DNA of 55,473 bases from Candidatus Omnitrophota bacterium (GTDB lineage Bacteria; Omnitrophota; Gorgyraeia; Zapsychrales; Fredricksoniimonadaceae): positions 1 to 55,473 of the forward strand of contig JABDFL010000004.1 of the NCBI GenBank assembly GCA_013286575.1, in the 5' to 3' direction. Below the pieces are notes generated by a model. That model was not told the DNA's origin. It was given only the letters and a program-made list of their open reading frames with translations, and ran no database searches. Position numbers and translations under genes: made by a program. Positions 24,032-32,692 of the stretch are shown in pieces (positions within the stretch are counted from its first letter, which is position 1; every line of letters begins with the position of its first letter).

Positions 24032-27000
24032 TTATTTAAGTGTAGTACTTTGGGTCAAACCAAGAAATTGGGAAAGACTCTTAAGTGGCTGGATATTAAT
24101 AATCACCGGCACAAAACCTGGAGCATTTTGAAGTTGCTGAAGCATGGCTGGGTCTAAATGAAATCTAATTTCACTTCCACTGTTTTGTGTCTGTAAATTC
24201 ATATTGGCAGGGGTTAGGTCGATACCCCCTTTAGCAGTCATGGCTCCATCTGTTAGCTCTTTCCAAGCATCGTGACTTGTTACCTCAATCCTCGGAAATT
24301 TAACCATTGCATCTATTCGATTGGCCAGTTGATCAATAGGTTCGGTATCTACCTTATTATCTAAAAAAGGCTTAATAACGTAAGAAGAAGCACCACCAAA
24401 AATATCGCTTTTATCATCGACAAGCAGTCGATATTTAAACAAACCAATCGGTTTATACTCATTGTACTTCTCACTATACTTTTTGAATAAACTTTGATAA
24501 TACTCCTTTCTAACGCTATTTGATACTCCTGGATTCCAGGCTGATAGTCCATTATCTCCTGTAATAATCAATTCAAATAAACCATACATTTCACTGTTGG
24601 ATAATAAATATTTTCTGACAGCTTTTTTGGGTGAACGGGTCCACAAAACAAGCCGATATCCCATTGTCTTCAATTTATTCAATTCATCAATGATGCCGGG
24701 TCTTATAATTGATACGGAACCAAGAAACGTCCTTCTCTTATCGAGAATTGTATGATCCATATCAAAAACGACGGTAGGCCTCTCTCTAGACATAGTCCGT
24801 TCATTCTTAATAAACTGTTCTTCATAAACACTCCCATCGATGAAGCCATTTTGATCAATGACATTTTTCTTGCCTTGGGTTGAACTATCCGTGCCGGCCT
24901 CTTCATTAATTGAATCTACTTTAAGAAGTTCTAAATCACGGCCATGTATCAAGACTACCGTGGAAACACTCGGGTACCTTTCAAAATAATAACCATCAAA
25001 ATGATGCATCATAAGATATACAGGCAAAAGATCTTCATGAGCTCCGCCAAAATTCAACTGAACCCACTTTTCATATTCTTTTTCACCAACGCCGTTAAGA
25101 TGAAAGAGTCTTTGCTGTCTTTGAATCCCCAAGGTTAAGACGTAGCTACCTGAATTCCTCATTGTTTTTATGGTAGCGTAATTAAAGGCTTTACGGTAAG
25201 AAGTTGTCAAAAACACACCCATGTGAGTATAAATATTGTTTTTGGCGCCAAATATTGAAGGCATTAATTCGCCCCTATCATTTATACGTTCAAGCTCTTC
25301 TCCGTCAACGCCTCTATAAAGTACTTCTGTGGCCTCATGAAATTCTTTTAAATCAAATCCAAAGAGTTTTTTTATAAAACGTGATGCCTTCCCTATAAGA
25401 AAAAAATACCATCTAACAGTGGTCTCTGAAAAGTCAGTTAAATAAAGATCAATAAAAGTATTGGCTCTTTGTATTTTTCTTGAAAACCAATTTATAAAAT
25501 AACTGGTGATTTTTTCTTGAATGTTTCCGTCACGATTCTCAGCAACACCCCAATCCTCTATGAATATCTTGGAAAAATACTCCGCCAACTGAGAATTCTC
25601 TAGCCTGATTCCCAATTCCTGATTACCATAATACGCCCTGGGTGTCAAATCTGAACTCCCTGTAATTACTGTATTATCAGCTATAAGCAACTTACGATGA
25701 TCAAAAAGACCTTTGGGGTTGCTCCATCTAACAGGCACACTGGAACTCTGTAATTTATCGTAGGCTGGCAAACTTCTAACGTAGGGAATATATAATGGAA
25801 ACAACTGAAATTTTTTCTCTACCCCATTTAGCAAAACCCTAATATCTATTTTGGGATCATTCCTGAGTTTCATCTTAAGAACTTGGACGATAAGATCATC
25901 GTTCAAATGCCATTGTGAAATATATATCCTCTTTTTTGCTTTAAGAATTTCCTGGATATAAGCAAAACGTGTATTATCTTCAATAGAACGTTCTCGCAAT
26001 ATTTGTCCCCAAGGATTCTTGGTTGCTCTAAAAGCATATCTTTGACCATGTGCCCAATACCAATTCTCCCAGAATATGTCCTCAAATTCTTTCAGGCCAT
26101 GAATAGAATGAACGATTAATCCTGCTGTTCTTCCTCTAAAGAAGCTTAAATTATCACAACCTATATAAACATATTGTCCATCGATTATTATCAATTTTTT
26201 ATGATCATCTGGAGAAGGTGCTGCCATCACAAATTGACGGTTTCTTTCTGGCCGATAAAAAATAATCTGCAGATTATTGATTTCTTCTTTTTGTATCGAT
26301 TGAATTAATTCTGATTGTTTCTTAGTGAGTCTTTTGACATTCTTACCTATAATGACTTTAACCTCTATTCCTTCTATAGCCTTTTGTTTTAATAAATCCC
26401 ATACGGAATTATCATGGAATGAATACATATCTATGAGTATGGACCTACGCGCGTCGGTCACCAATTGTCTAAGTATGCGCCCCCCATCAAAAGTCTCACC
26501 TATGGGCAATATGTGCACACCTTGATGCTCAATCCACCTAAGCCGATATTCTTCTTGTGCAGGGCTTTTATCATTAGACACCATTGCTTCATCAGGTTTT
26601 AAGTTCTGAACTGAGATGGCTGAAGTTTCATCAAAAAAATAAAATCGTGAACGGGAATTCATATTAGCTCTTGCTTCTTCCCTACCAAGTATTCTGCCGT
26701 CCGTTGAATCATAAATATTCCCAGAAAAATGATCTAACAAAGCATTGGCCTCAAAAAACATCAATCCGTCTGAGATGTCTTGTCCCTTTTCGTGTAAAAT
26801 CTGGTTTAATGGTTTTTGGGATATTAATTCTTTGATGAGTTCTTTATTCTCTTCAGTTTTAGCCTGCCCTTTAATTACGGCCCCCAACATACTTTCCGCC
26901 ATTATTAATATCAACCGTTGGACCCTTCTTCCCAAATCTGATTGGGTAATAAGGCCTTCTCTTAACAATAAAGCCCATTCTTCAACAACATTATTCGCAA

Positions 27001-29623
27001 ATATACTATCCAAAATAGTTTTGTTTATATCGTTTAAAACCGCTGTCTCAAAATGTGCTTTCTTTGTGGAAGAATAGATAAATACTGCATGACGAACCCA
27101 TTTATTTACCAACGGTGGTCTCATTAGCCTTTGAACAATTCCTATCTCTCTAAAAAGTGTTTCACTTGTTTCATTAATCCTCACTTCCAGTTCCGTATCT
27201 TTTTTAGGCACAGATTCCGATAACGTCACAATGATCACTTCCTTGGCTCCAGCATCCAATAATTTTCTCCGGATTTCCGTGGAAGTAAAACCCGTCCCCC
27301 AATGATCGTCCACAAGCAGTATCGTTTTCCCTCTTATTTGATCTAAATCTTTAATTTCATAAGCATCAATCACATTTAAAGCCTTGTTTAACAGACCTTT
27401 AACTAACTTCTGTTCTCTTCTCCGATCTATTTTTACAACAGATGAATTACCAACTGAAATATGGGATTTTTCTGATAAAACCATTAACAAAGGATCTAAT
27501 TGATTTTGCTGACCGTTTAATCGCGGGACACCAATAATTAAGTCTGGTTTAAGATTTTGAACACTCAAAGCTCGAATCACTTTTTCTGAAAATTTATCAG
27601 CCAATTGAAGCATTGCTTCAACATTCTTTTTAGTTTCAAAATATTGTATTGAAAAATTATCATAAATAAAGTTTGGATGGCTATGTGGAAACAAAACATT
27701 GAAGGTAATTACTGGGTGTTTGTAAGAAGTCAGTGACAAATTACTTTCAGCGGTGTTCAAATTCGCTATGCCATATTTCAACAATTCCGTAACCCAATAA
27801 TATCCAACGTCAGCTGAAACACTTTTCCCGGTAAACATAAAAGAAGGGCTTTCTTCATAACTGCTTTTGGCAGCCGACGAAAGATAATTAAAAACACCTG
27901 TTTTGACCAAGTCATCCTGTGTCTCAAAATATATTCTCTGGATCAACGTTCGGATAACTTCTAATACTTCTTCATGTTTTTGCGTTTCTACTTCATATTG
28001 TTTTAAAAGACTTGCTAAGGTATCAAGCTTTGATTCCACCGGCTCCGTTCCTGGCATCACACTATTTAAAATGGCTTGATACCTTTGCGCTGTCTCACTT
28101 AAACCTCTTATACGTAACCTAAAAACTTCAAAAGCAACTTTTAAAGCCAAATATTCTCTATTAAAAAGACCCTGCCCACGATTTTGAGCGATCTTGTAAG
28201 CTTCTTTGGAAATATAATCAATACGTCCCTTACTAACAATCCAATAAAATGAATCACTTGCCGGATTTAAAACAAACTCAGCTGGGACAACCCCTCTCCC
28301 TCTATCTGTAGCGATATAATCTGTGAAAAAAATGGGCTGATAATAAATTTTATCTCCCGATTTTTTAATTCTTATTAAACCAAACTCTTTACTAATAACT
28401 AACTGTCCATTTTGTAATTGACTATATAAAACAATACCATCTCTATACTCCAATGATGCACTCATCGCTGGGTCAATTCTGACATTAACTATTTCACTAT
28501 CATTACCGGAAGGCATGTTCCATTGATGCAAAATTATCATGGCCGAATCAATTTTCAAGATTGTCATATTAAGCAATACCCCACCCGAAAAATATTTCCT
28601 TGGAATAGTCTCTTGAGTCACAGGGTCTTGTTCTTCTTTAATATAGTTATAAACACCTTTTTTAAACGCCTGTAAATACCGTTGATAAATTTTTTGCGTT
28701 TCTTGCGGGTCATCAATATTCACTCCAGCCACCTTCTTCTTATCGGCATACACCTGCTCTAGAATACAGTCCTTAATTTTATTTTTGTACCAAGTGGCTA
28801 AGATGAGACTGTTATAAATTTGGCGTAATTGAGAGAAATTTTTGTTCTCGTTAACTTCTTTTGTTAATTCGGGGATGACGATTTCGCGGACGATTTGGGA
28901 GCCTAAAGCACTCGTGTTCTGGATTCCCGCTTTCGCAGGAATGACATTGTGAGAGAGTGCTAGGTAATCTTGCTCAAGCATTACCTTCAATTTACTTTCA
29001 ACAACATACGCCGTACCAGCCTTAGCATTCTCATATACCACAGCTTTTTCTGGCACAATCCAAACTTTATTAAATGTGTTGACGGGGATATTCGTTGTAC
29101 CAAATCTTTTCGTAACTTCTTCGTAAATACGTTTCCAAAATTTCTTACCAATCTCCCCTTCAGGATAGATTAGGCTGGCCGTTACCTGCTTGAGCATATA
29201 ATCTTCGGCCAGTAAATCCCTGCCCATCTCAGTCTGGCCAAATGATTCTGGGACTATGCGGTTTTTTTCGTAAGGACTTAGATTGACCCAGAGGTCTTTT
29301 TCAGGAATGGTTAAAGAGGCAAGGAAATACTTAATCAACCTACTAGATTCATCTTTGAGAGCGTCATTAGATAATTGGCTGTCACCTTTATCTAAGATAA
29401 AATCAAAACGAAATGGATTGTCAGGATGGACTTTGATTCCTTTAAGGACTGGCGGATTAAATACAGGACTCAAATACACCATTACCCCAGGCGCAGGCAG
29501 ACGAAATTCATCTGCCTTGACTTGAGGTATAGGACCAATTGTATTAGCAAAAAATACCAATAAAATGATAAAAGATTGCCCCGGCCTAAAAAACAGGCCT
29601 CGCAATGACATATAACTCCGCAT
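24032..29623 (-). CDS. giant exoprotein B (1863 aa): signal peptide, conserved N-module, ComF-like PRTase, double-HKD phospholipase D, ART-like, HAD/FCP1-like phosphatase, conserved C-module
   Basis: An uninterrupted 5.6-kb ORF with ATG at 29621-29623 and a second ATG at 29609-29611. Motifs are listed in the findings. The N- and C-modules are shared with the other two giant genes. Confidence 0.9.
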   Translation of the reverse strand: MRSYMSLRGLFFRPGQSFIILLVFFANTIGPIPQVKADEFRLPAPGVMVYLSPVFNPPVLKGIKVHPDNPFRFDFILDKGDSQLSNDALKDESSRLIKYFLASLTIPEKDLWVNLSPYEKNRIVPESFGQTEMGRDLLAEDYMLKQVTASLIYPEGEIGKKFWKRIYEEVTKRFGTTNIPVNTFNKVWIVPEKAVVYENAKAGTAYVVESKLKVMLEQDYLALSHNVIPAKAGIQNTSALGSQIVREIVIPELTKEVNENKNFSQLRQIYNSLILATWYKNKIKDCILEQVYADKKKVAGVNIDDPQETQKIYQRYLQAFKKGVYNYIKEEQDPVTQETIPRKYFSGGVLLNMTILKIDSAMIILHQWNMPSGNDSEIVNVRIDPAMSASLEYRDGIVLYSQLQNGQLVISKEFGLIRIKKSGDKIYYQPIFFTDYIATDRGRGVVPAEFVLNPASDSFYWIVSKGRIDYISKEAYKIAQNRGQGLFNREYLALKVAFEVFRLRIRGLSETAQRYQAILNSVMPGTEPVESKLDTLASLLKQYEVETQKHEEVLEVIRTLIQRIYFETQDDLVKTGVFNYLSSAAKSSYEESPSFMFTGKSVSADVGYYWVTELLKYGIANLNTAESNLSLTSYKHPVITFNVLFPHSHPNFIYDNFSIQYFETKKNVEAMLQLADKFSEKVIRALSVQNLKPDLIIGVPRLNGQQNQLDPLLMVLSEKSHISVGNSSVVKIDRRREQKLVKGLLNKALNVIDAYEIKDLDQIRGKTILLVDDHWGTGFTSTEIRRKLLDAGAKEVIIVTLSESVPKKDTELEVRINETSETLFREIGIVQRLMRPPLVNKWVRHAVFIYSSTKKAHFETAVLNDINKTILDSIFANNVVEEWALLLREGLITQSDLGRRVQRLILIMAESMLGAVIKGQAKTEENKELIKELISQKPLNQILHEKGQDISDGLMFFEANALLDHFSGNIYDSTDGRILGREEARANMNSRSRFYFFDETSAISVQNLKPDEAMVSNDKSPAQEEYRLRWIEHQGVHILPIGETFDGGRILRQLVTDARRSILIDMYSFHDNSVWDLLKQKAIEGIEVKVIIGKNVKRLTKKQSELIQSIQKEEINNLQIIFYRPERNRQFVMAAPSPDDHKKLIIIDGQYVYIGCDNLSFFRGRTAGLIVHSIHGLKEFEDIFWENWYWAHGQRYAFRATKNPWGQILRERSIEDNTRFAYIQEILKAKKRIYISQWHLNDDLIVQVLKMKLRNDPKIDIRVLLNGVEKKFQLFPLYIPYVRSLPAYDKLQSSSVPVRWSNPKGLFDHRKLLIADNTVITGSSDLTPRAYYGNQELGIRLENSQLAEYFSKIFIEDWGVAENRDGNIQEKITSYFINWFSRKIQRANTFIDLYLTDFSETTVRWYFFLIGKASRFIKKLFGFDLKEFHEATEVLYRGVDGEELERINDRGELMPSIFGAKNNIYTHMGVFLTTSYRKAFNYATIKTMRNSGSYVLTLGIQRQQRLFHLNGVGEKEYEKWVQLNFGGAHEDLLPVYLMMHHFDGYYFERYPSVSTVVLIHGRDLELLKVDSINEEAGTDSSTQGKKNVIDQNGFIDGSVYEEQFIKNERTMSRERPTVVFDMDHTILDKRRTFLGSVSIIRPGIIDELNKLKTMGYRLVLWTRSPKKAVRKYLLSNSEMYGLFELIITGDNGLSAWNPGVSNSVRKEYYQSLFKKYSEKYNEYKPIGLFKYRLLVDDKSDIFGGASSYVIKPFLDNKVDTEPIDQLANRIDAMVKFPRIEVTSHDAWKELTDGAMTAKGGIDLTPANMNLQTQNSGSEIRFHLDPAMLQQLQNAPGFVPVIINIQPLKSLSQFLGLTQSTTLK
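28921..28947. repeat. family-2 hairpin mini-repeat inside giant gene B (codons 227-235)
   Basis: ggattcccgctttcgcaggaatgacat has an 8-bp stem ATTCCCGC/GCAGGAAT (one mismatch) with a 4-nt loop. Confidence 0.7.
29571..29610. repeat. family-1-like variant at the 5' end of giant gene B
   Basis: aaagattgcc-ccggcctaaaaaacaggcc-tcgcaatgaca has conserved termini. Its interior is replaced by a GGCCT/AGGCC hairpin. Confidence 0.45.
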
Positions 29624-29731
29624 AAGTGAAGTATAAACTATCTATATACTTTCTGCCACTTTTAGACCTTTTGAACCTTAAAAACTGACTAGAAGGAAGG
29701 CTGGTTTGTTTGGTTGTAGTTTTATAATTAT

Positions 29732-30442
29732 GTGATGTACAATATAAATATGGTAACATACGTCATGCTTCAAGCCTTTTTACAGGGAGCTTTTGAACTT
29801 ATTTTCCCTGACAATTGCCTGCTCTGCCGGCAATTCCTTAATAGCCGCCACCAGCGACAGCTATGCCCTCATTGCCTGGGCTCCCTGGCCTTTAATCCAA
29901 ACCCCTTTAGCCGGCAATCAACATCCGGCTCATTTGCTTTTGACCAGGCATGGTCGGTTTGTCTTTATAATGAACCAGCCCAAAAGCTGCTCCATGCTTT
30001 TAAATACAATTCCAAAACATCCCTCAGTAAAACCTTTGTCCCTTTAATGATTGATTTCATCGACCGCCATCATGTTCCCGTGCAGCTGTTTGACTTGATC
30101 GCTCCCATCCCCCTGCATCCGGTGAGACTGCGGGAACGGGGGTACAATCAATCTGCTCTTTTGAGTCTTGCCTTAAGCCGGCACTACGGAATTTCACATT
30201 CAGAGGACCTGTTGATACGCCAGAAAATGACATCTAGCCAGACGGAATTAGGGGCAAAACAACGCTGGACAAATATGGAAGGGGCTTTTAGAATAAAAAA
30301 TCCGTCGGAAGTTGAAGGTAAAAGTGTCGTGCTTGTTGATGACCTTTTTACCACAGGCGCTACCGTGCACAGCGCCGCGGAAACCTTAAAATCAGCCGGT
30401 GCTGCCAGGGTTGGAGCGTTGACTTTCAGTATAACTATTTAA
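29732..30442 (+). CDS. comF: ComF family protein (zinc-ribbon plus phosphoribosyltransferase domain)
   Basis: Cys pairs CLLC...CPHC, PIPLHPVRLRERGYNQS, and the PRT loop VVLVDDLFTTGATV. The true start may be an internal Met (MLQAF...). Confidence 0.75.
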   Translation: MMYNINMVTYVMLQAFLQGAFELIFPDNCLLCRQFLNSRHQRQLCPHCLGSLAFNPNPFSRQSTSGSFAFDQAWSVCLYNEPAQKLLHAFKYNSKTSLSKTFVPLMIDFIDRHHVPVQLFDLIAPIPLHPVRLRERGYNQSALLSLALSRHYGISHSEDLLIRQKMTSSQTELGAKQRWTNMEGAFRIKNPSEVEGKSVVLVDDLFTTGATVHSAAETLKSAGAARVGALTFSITI

Positions 30443-30443
30443 T

Positions 30444-31532
30444 ATGCGTATCTTACGGAATTATATATTAAGGGAATGCCTTCAGCCTTTTACGCTGTCG
30501 CTCAGTGTATTGACCAGCGTTTTTCTGCTGGGGTATTTACCGCAATTGGCCAATAAGGTCATCAATGACGGCGTGTCCCTGACAGCGATGAGCCAAGTCT
30601 TTCTATATTATATTCCCATCCTCTTAGGCTATACCATGCCCATTGCCTGCCTAATCACGGTGATCCTGGCGTTGGGGCATATGTCCGCGGAAAATGAAAT
30701 TCTGGCCATGCGCGCCTCAGGCATTCACCTGCTGCGTCTTTTGGTCCCCTTGACCGTCGTAGGCATTGCCTTATGCCTGGTGGTGTATCTCCTCAATGAC
30801 CGTATCATCCCTGAAGCTTATGACGCCCAAACACGCATCCTGCAGGAAACCGGCAGCCAGGACCCTTCAGCCATGCTTGAGCCCGGCAGTTTTATCAATG
30901 CCTTTGATAAATACATCATCTTTATTTACCGGATGGACAATGATCTTTTATACGGGGTCAGGATCTATGAGCCGGCACCCGGCAAACCCACCAAGACCAT
31001 CATTGCCGAACAAGGTGAATTTGTCCATGTCCCGGGCAAGGACGAGCTGATGCTCAAGCTCATTGATGGCACATCCGATGAGCCTGACTTAAGCAATCCC
31101 AATAATTTTTATAAACTCAATTTCCAGACGTCTTTTATCAGGATGGATCTTTCCAAAAAGAAAGCAAGCACTGAGAAAAAATCGAAAGCCATGACATTGC
31201 GGGAACTGCACAATAAGATCAAAACCCTGCGCAGGATGTCCATTGATCCCTCTCCCCTGATCGCCGAATATCACCGCCGCCTGGCATGGTCATTGTCGCC
31301 GCTGATATTTATATTCCTGGGCTTTCCTTTTGCAGCCATCACCAACCGTCGCGCCAAATCCGCCAATCTTTTGTATGCCTTGTTATTCGCCGCCCCTTAT
31401 TACATTTTATCGTTGGCCTGCCAGGGCATGGCCTCTCAAAATGTTTTAAACCCCATTTTATTAATGTGGGTGCCCAATGGCGTTGCACTCGCCGTGGCCA
31501 TTTTCTTTAACTGGAAATTATGCACCCGTTAG
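30444..31532 (+). CDS. lptF: LptF/LptG (YjgP/YjgQ) family LPS export permease
   Basis: 362 aa starting MRILRNYILRE, with 6 TM segments and a periplasmic beta-jellyroll insert. It is paired with a second family member downstream. Confidence 0.8.
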   Translation: MRILRNYILRECLQPFTLSLSVLTSVFLLGYLPQLANKVINDGVSLTAMSQVFLYYIPILLGYTMPIACLITVILALGHMSAENEILAMRASGIHLLRLLVPLTVVGIALCLVVYLLNDRIIPEAYDAQTRILQETGSQDPSAMLEPGSFINAFDKYIIFIYRMDNDLLYGVRIYEPAPGKPTKTIIAEQGEFVHVPGKDELMLKLIDGTSDEPDLSNPNNFYKLNFQTSFIRMDLSKKKASTEKKSKAMTLRELHNKIKTLRRMSIDPSPLIAEYHRRLAWSLSPLIFIFLGFPFAAITNRRAKSANLLYALLFAAPYYILSLACQGMASQNVLNPILLMWVPNGVALAVAIFFNWKLCTR

Positions 31533-31542
31533 GCATGAGATT

Positions 31543-32655
31543 ATGCGCATCCTAGACCGCTATATTCTGAAATCTATCCTGGTAATATTCGCGGGGACCG
31601 TCTTTACCTTTGCTTTTTTGTTTATCATGATCGATCTGTTCAGCAATCTGCAGGATTTTATCGCCAGAAAAGTGGGGATGGAGGTGATCGCGCAATATTA
31701 TATTTCATTCCTGCCGTCGATCATTGTGCAAACCTCTCCCATGGCAGGGCTCATCTCCACGCTGTGGACCTATAGCAGCCTCAACGCGCACAATGAGATC
31801 ATCGCCATCCGTGCCTCCGGCATGAATTTCTGGCAGATCACCCGTCCGGCACTGGTCTTTGCCATGCTCGTCTCGGTCTTTGTATTCTTAGTCAATGAAG
31901 AATTCGTGCCGCAATCCTCAATGGTCAACCAGCAGATACGCGACACTGAAATTAAAGTCGTGCCTTCCCAAAAAGGCCGCGGCCTGCCGCCGATCCACAA
32001 TCTTACTTTCTACGGACTTAGAAACCGGCTGTTTTTTATCGATACTTTTGACCCCAACACCAGTGAGTTAGACGGCATTACCATCATCGGCCATGACCGC
32101 CATCAAAACCTGATCGAGAAGATCATAGCCCTCAAAGGCAAATGGACAGGCATTGACTGGAAATTCTTTAACTGCCAGATAACAACCTATACCAGCACTT
32201 TGCCCAATGCCCCTCCCAGCGATATCCGGATGTACGCGGAAAAATTGATGGACATCAGGGAAACCCCTAAGGATTTCTTAAGGCAAAGGATGGACATCTC
32301 GTCGATGAACCTGCGGCAACTGCATGCTTATATCAAACGCTTTGCCGGCAGCGGGGCGCTTAAGACGGTCAATAACCTGCGGGTTGATATGCATGAGAAG
32401 ATCACCTTCCCCTTACGCAATTTTATCATTGTTTTGATCGGACTGCCTTTTGCCCTGATGTCCGTGGGCAAACGCAAAGCAATGACCTTTACCTCCATTG
32501 CCATTGCCCTGGTCATCGGATTTCTTTATTACGTCTCCGACGCGGTGGGACTGGCCCTGGCCAAAGGCGAAGCCCTGCTGCCTTGGGAAGGCGCATGGCT
32601 CACACCCATCCTCTTTACCCTCATGGCCCTCTTTATTATTTTCAGGAATTTTTAA
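31543..32655 (+). CDS. lptG: LptF/LptG (YjgP/YjgQ) family LPS export permease
   Basis: The start is taken at ATG 31543 (MRILDRYILKS, the family-typical N-terminus). The track ORF begins at 31477, inside the upstream gene. Confidence 0.8.
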   Translation: MRILDRYILKSILVIFAGTVFTFAFLFIMIDLFSNLQDFIARKVGMEVIAQYYISFLPSIIVQTSPMAGLISTLWTYSSLNAHNEIIAIRASGMNFWQITRPALVFAMLVSVFVFLVNEEFVPQSSMVNQQIRDTEIKVVPSQKGRGLPPIHNLTFYGLRNRLFFIDTFDPNTSELDGITIIGHDRHQNLIEKIIALKGKWTGIDWKFFNCQITTYTSTLPNAPPSDIRMYAEKLMDIRETPKDFLRQRMDISSMNLRQLHAYIKRFAGSGALKTVNNLRVDMHEKITFPLRNFIIVLIGLPFALMSVGKRKAMTFTSIAIALVIGFLYYVSDAVGLALAKGEALLPWEGAWLTPILFTLMALFIIFRNF

Positions 32656-32692
32656 ACGCGGCTGGGGCCGGAAGCCTGTTACAGGAAAGTTA

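Noticed and set aside
14093-29623. Giant genes A and B as an assembly-induced duplication
   Set aside because: The shared modules differ at many synonymous sites and carry different in-frame repeat insertions, and the central ~1300 residues are unrelated. They are genuine diverged paralogs.
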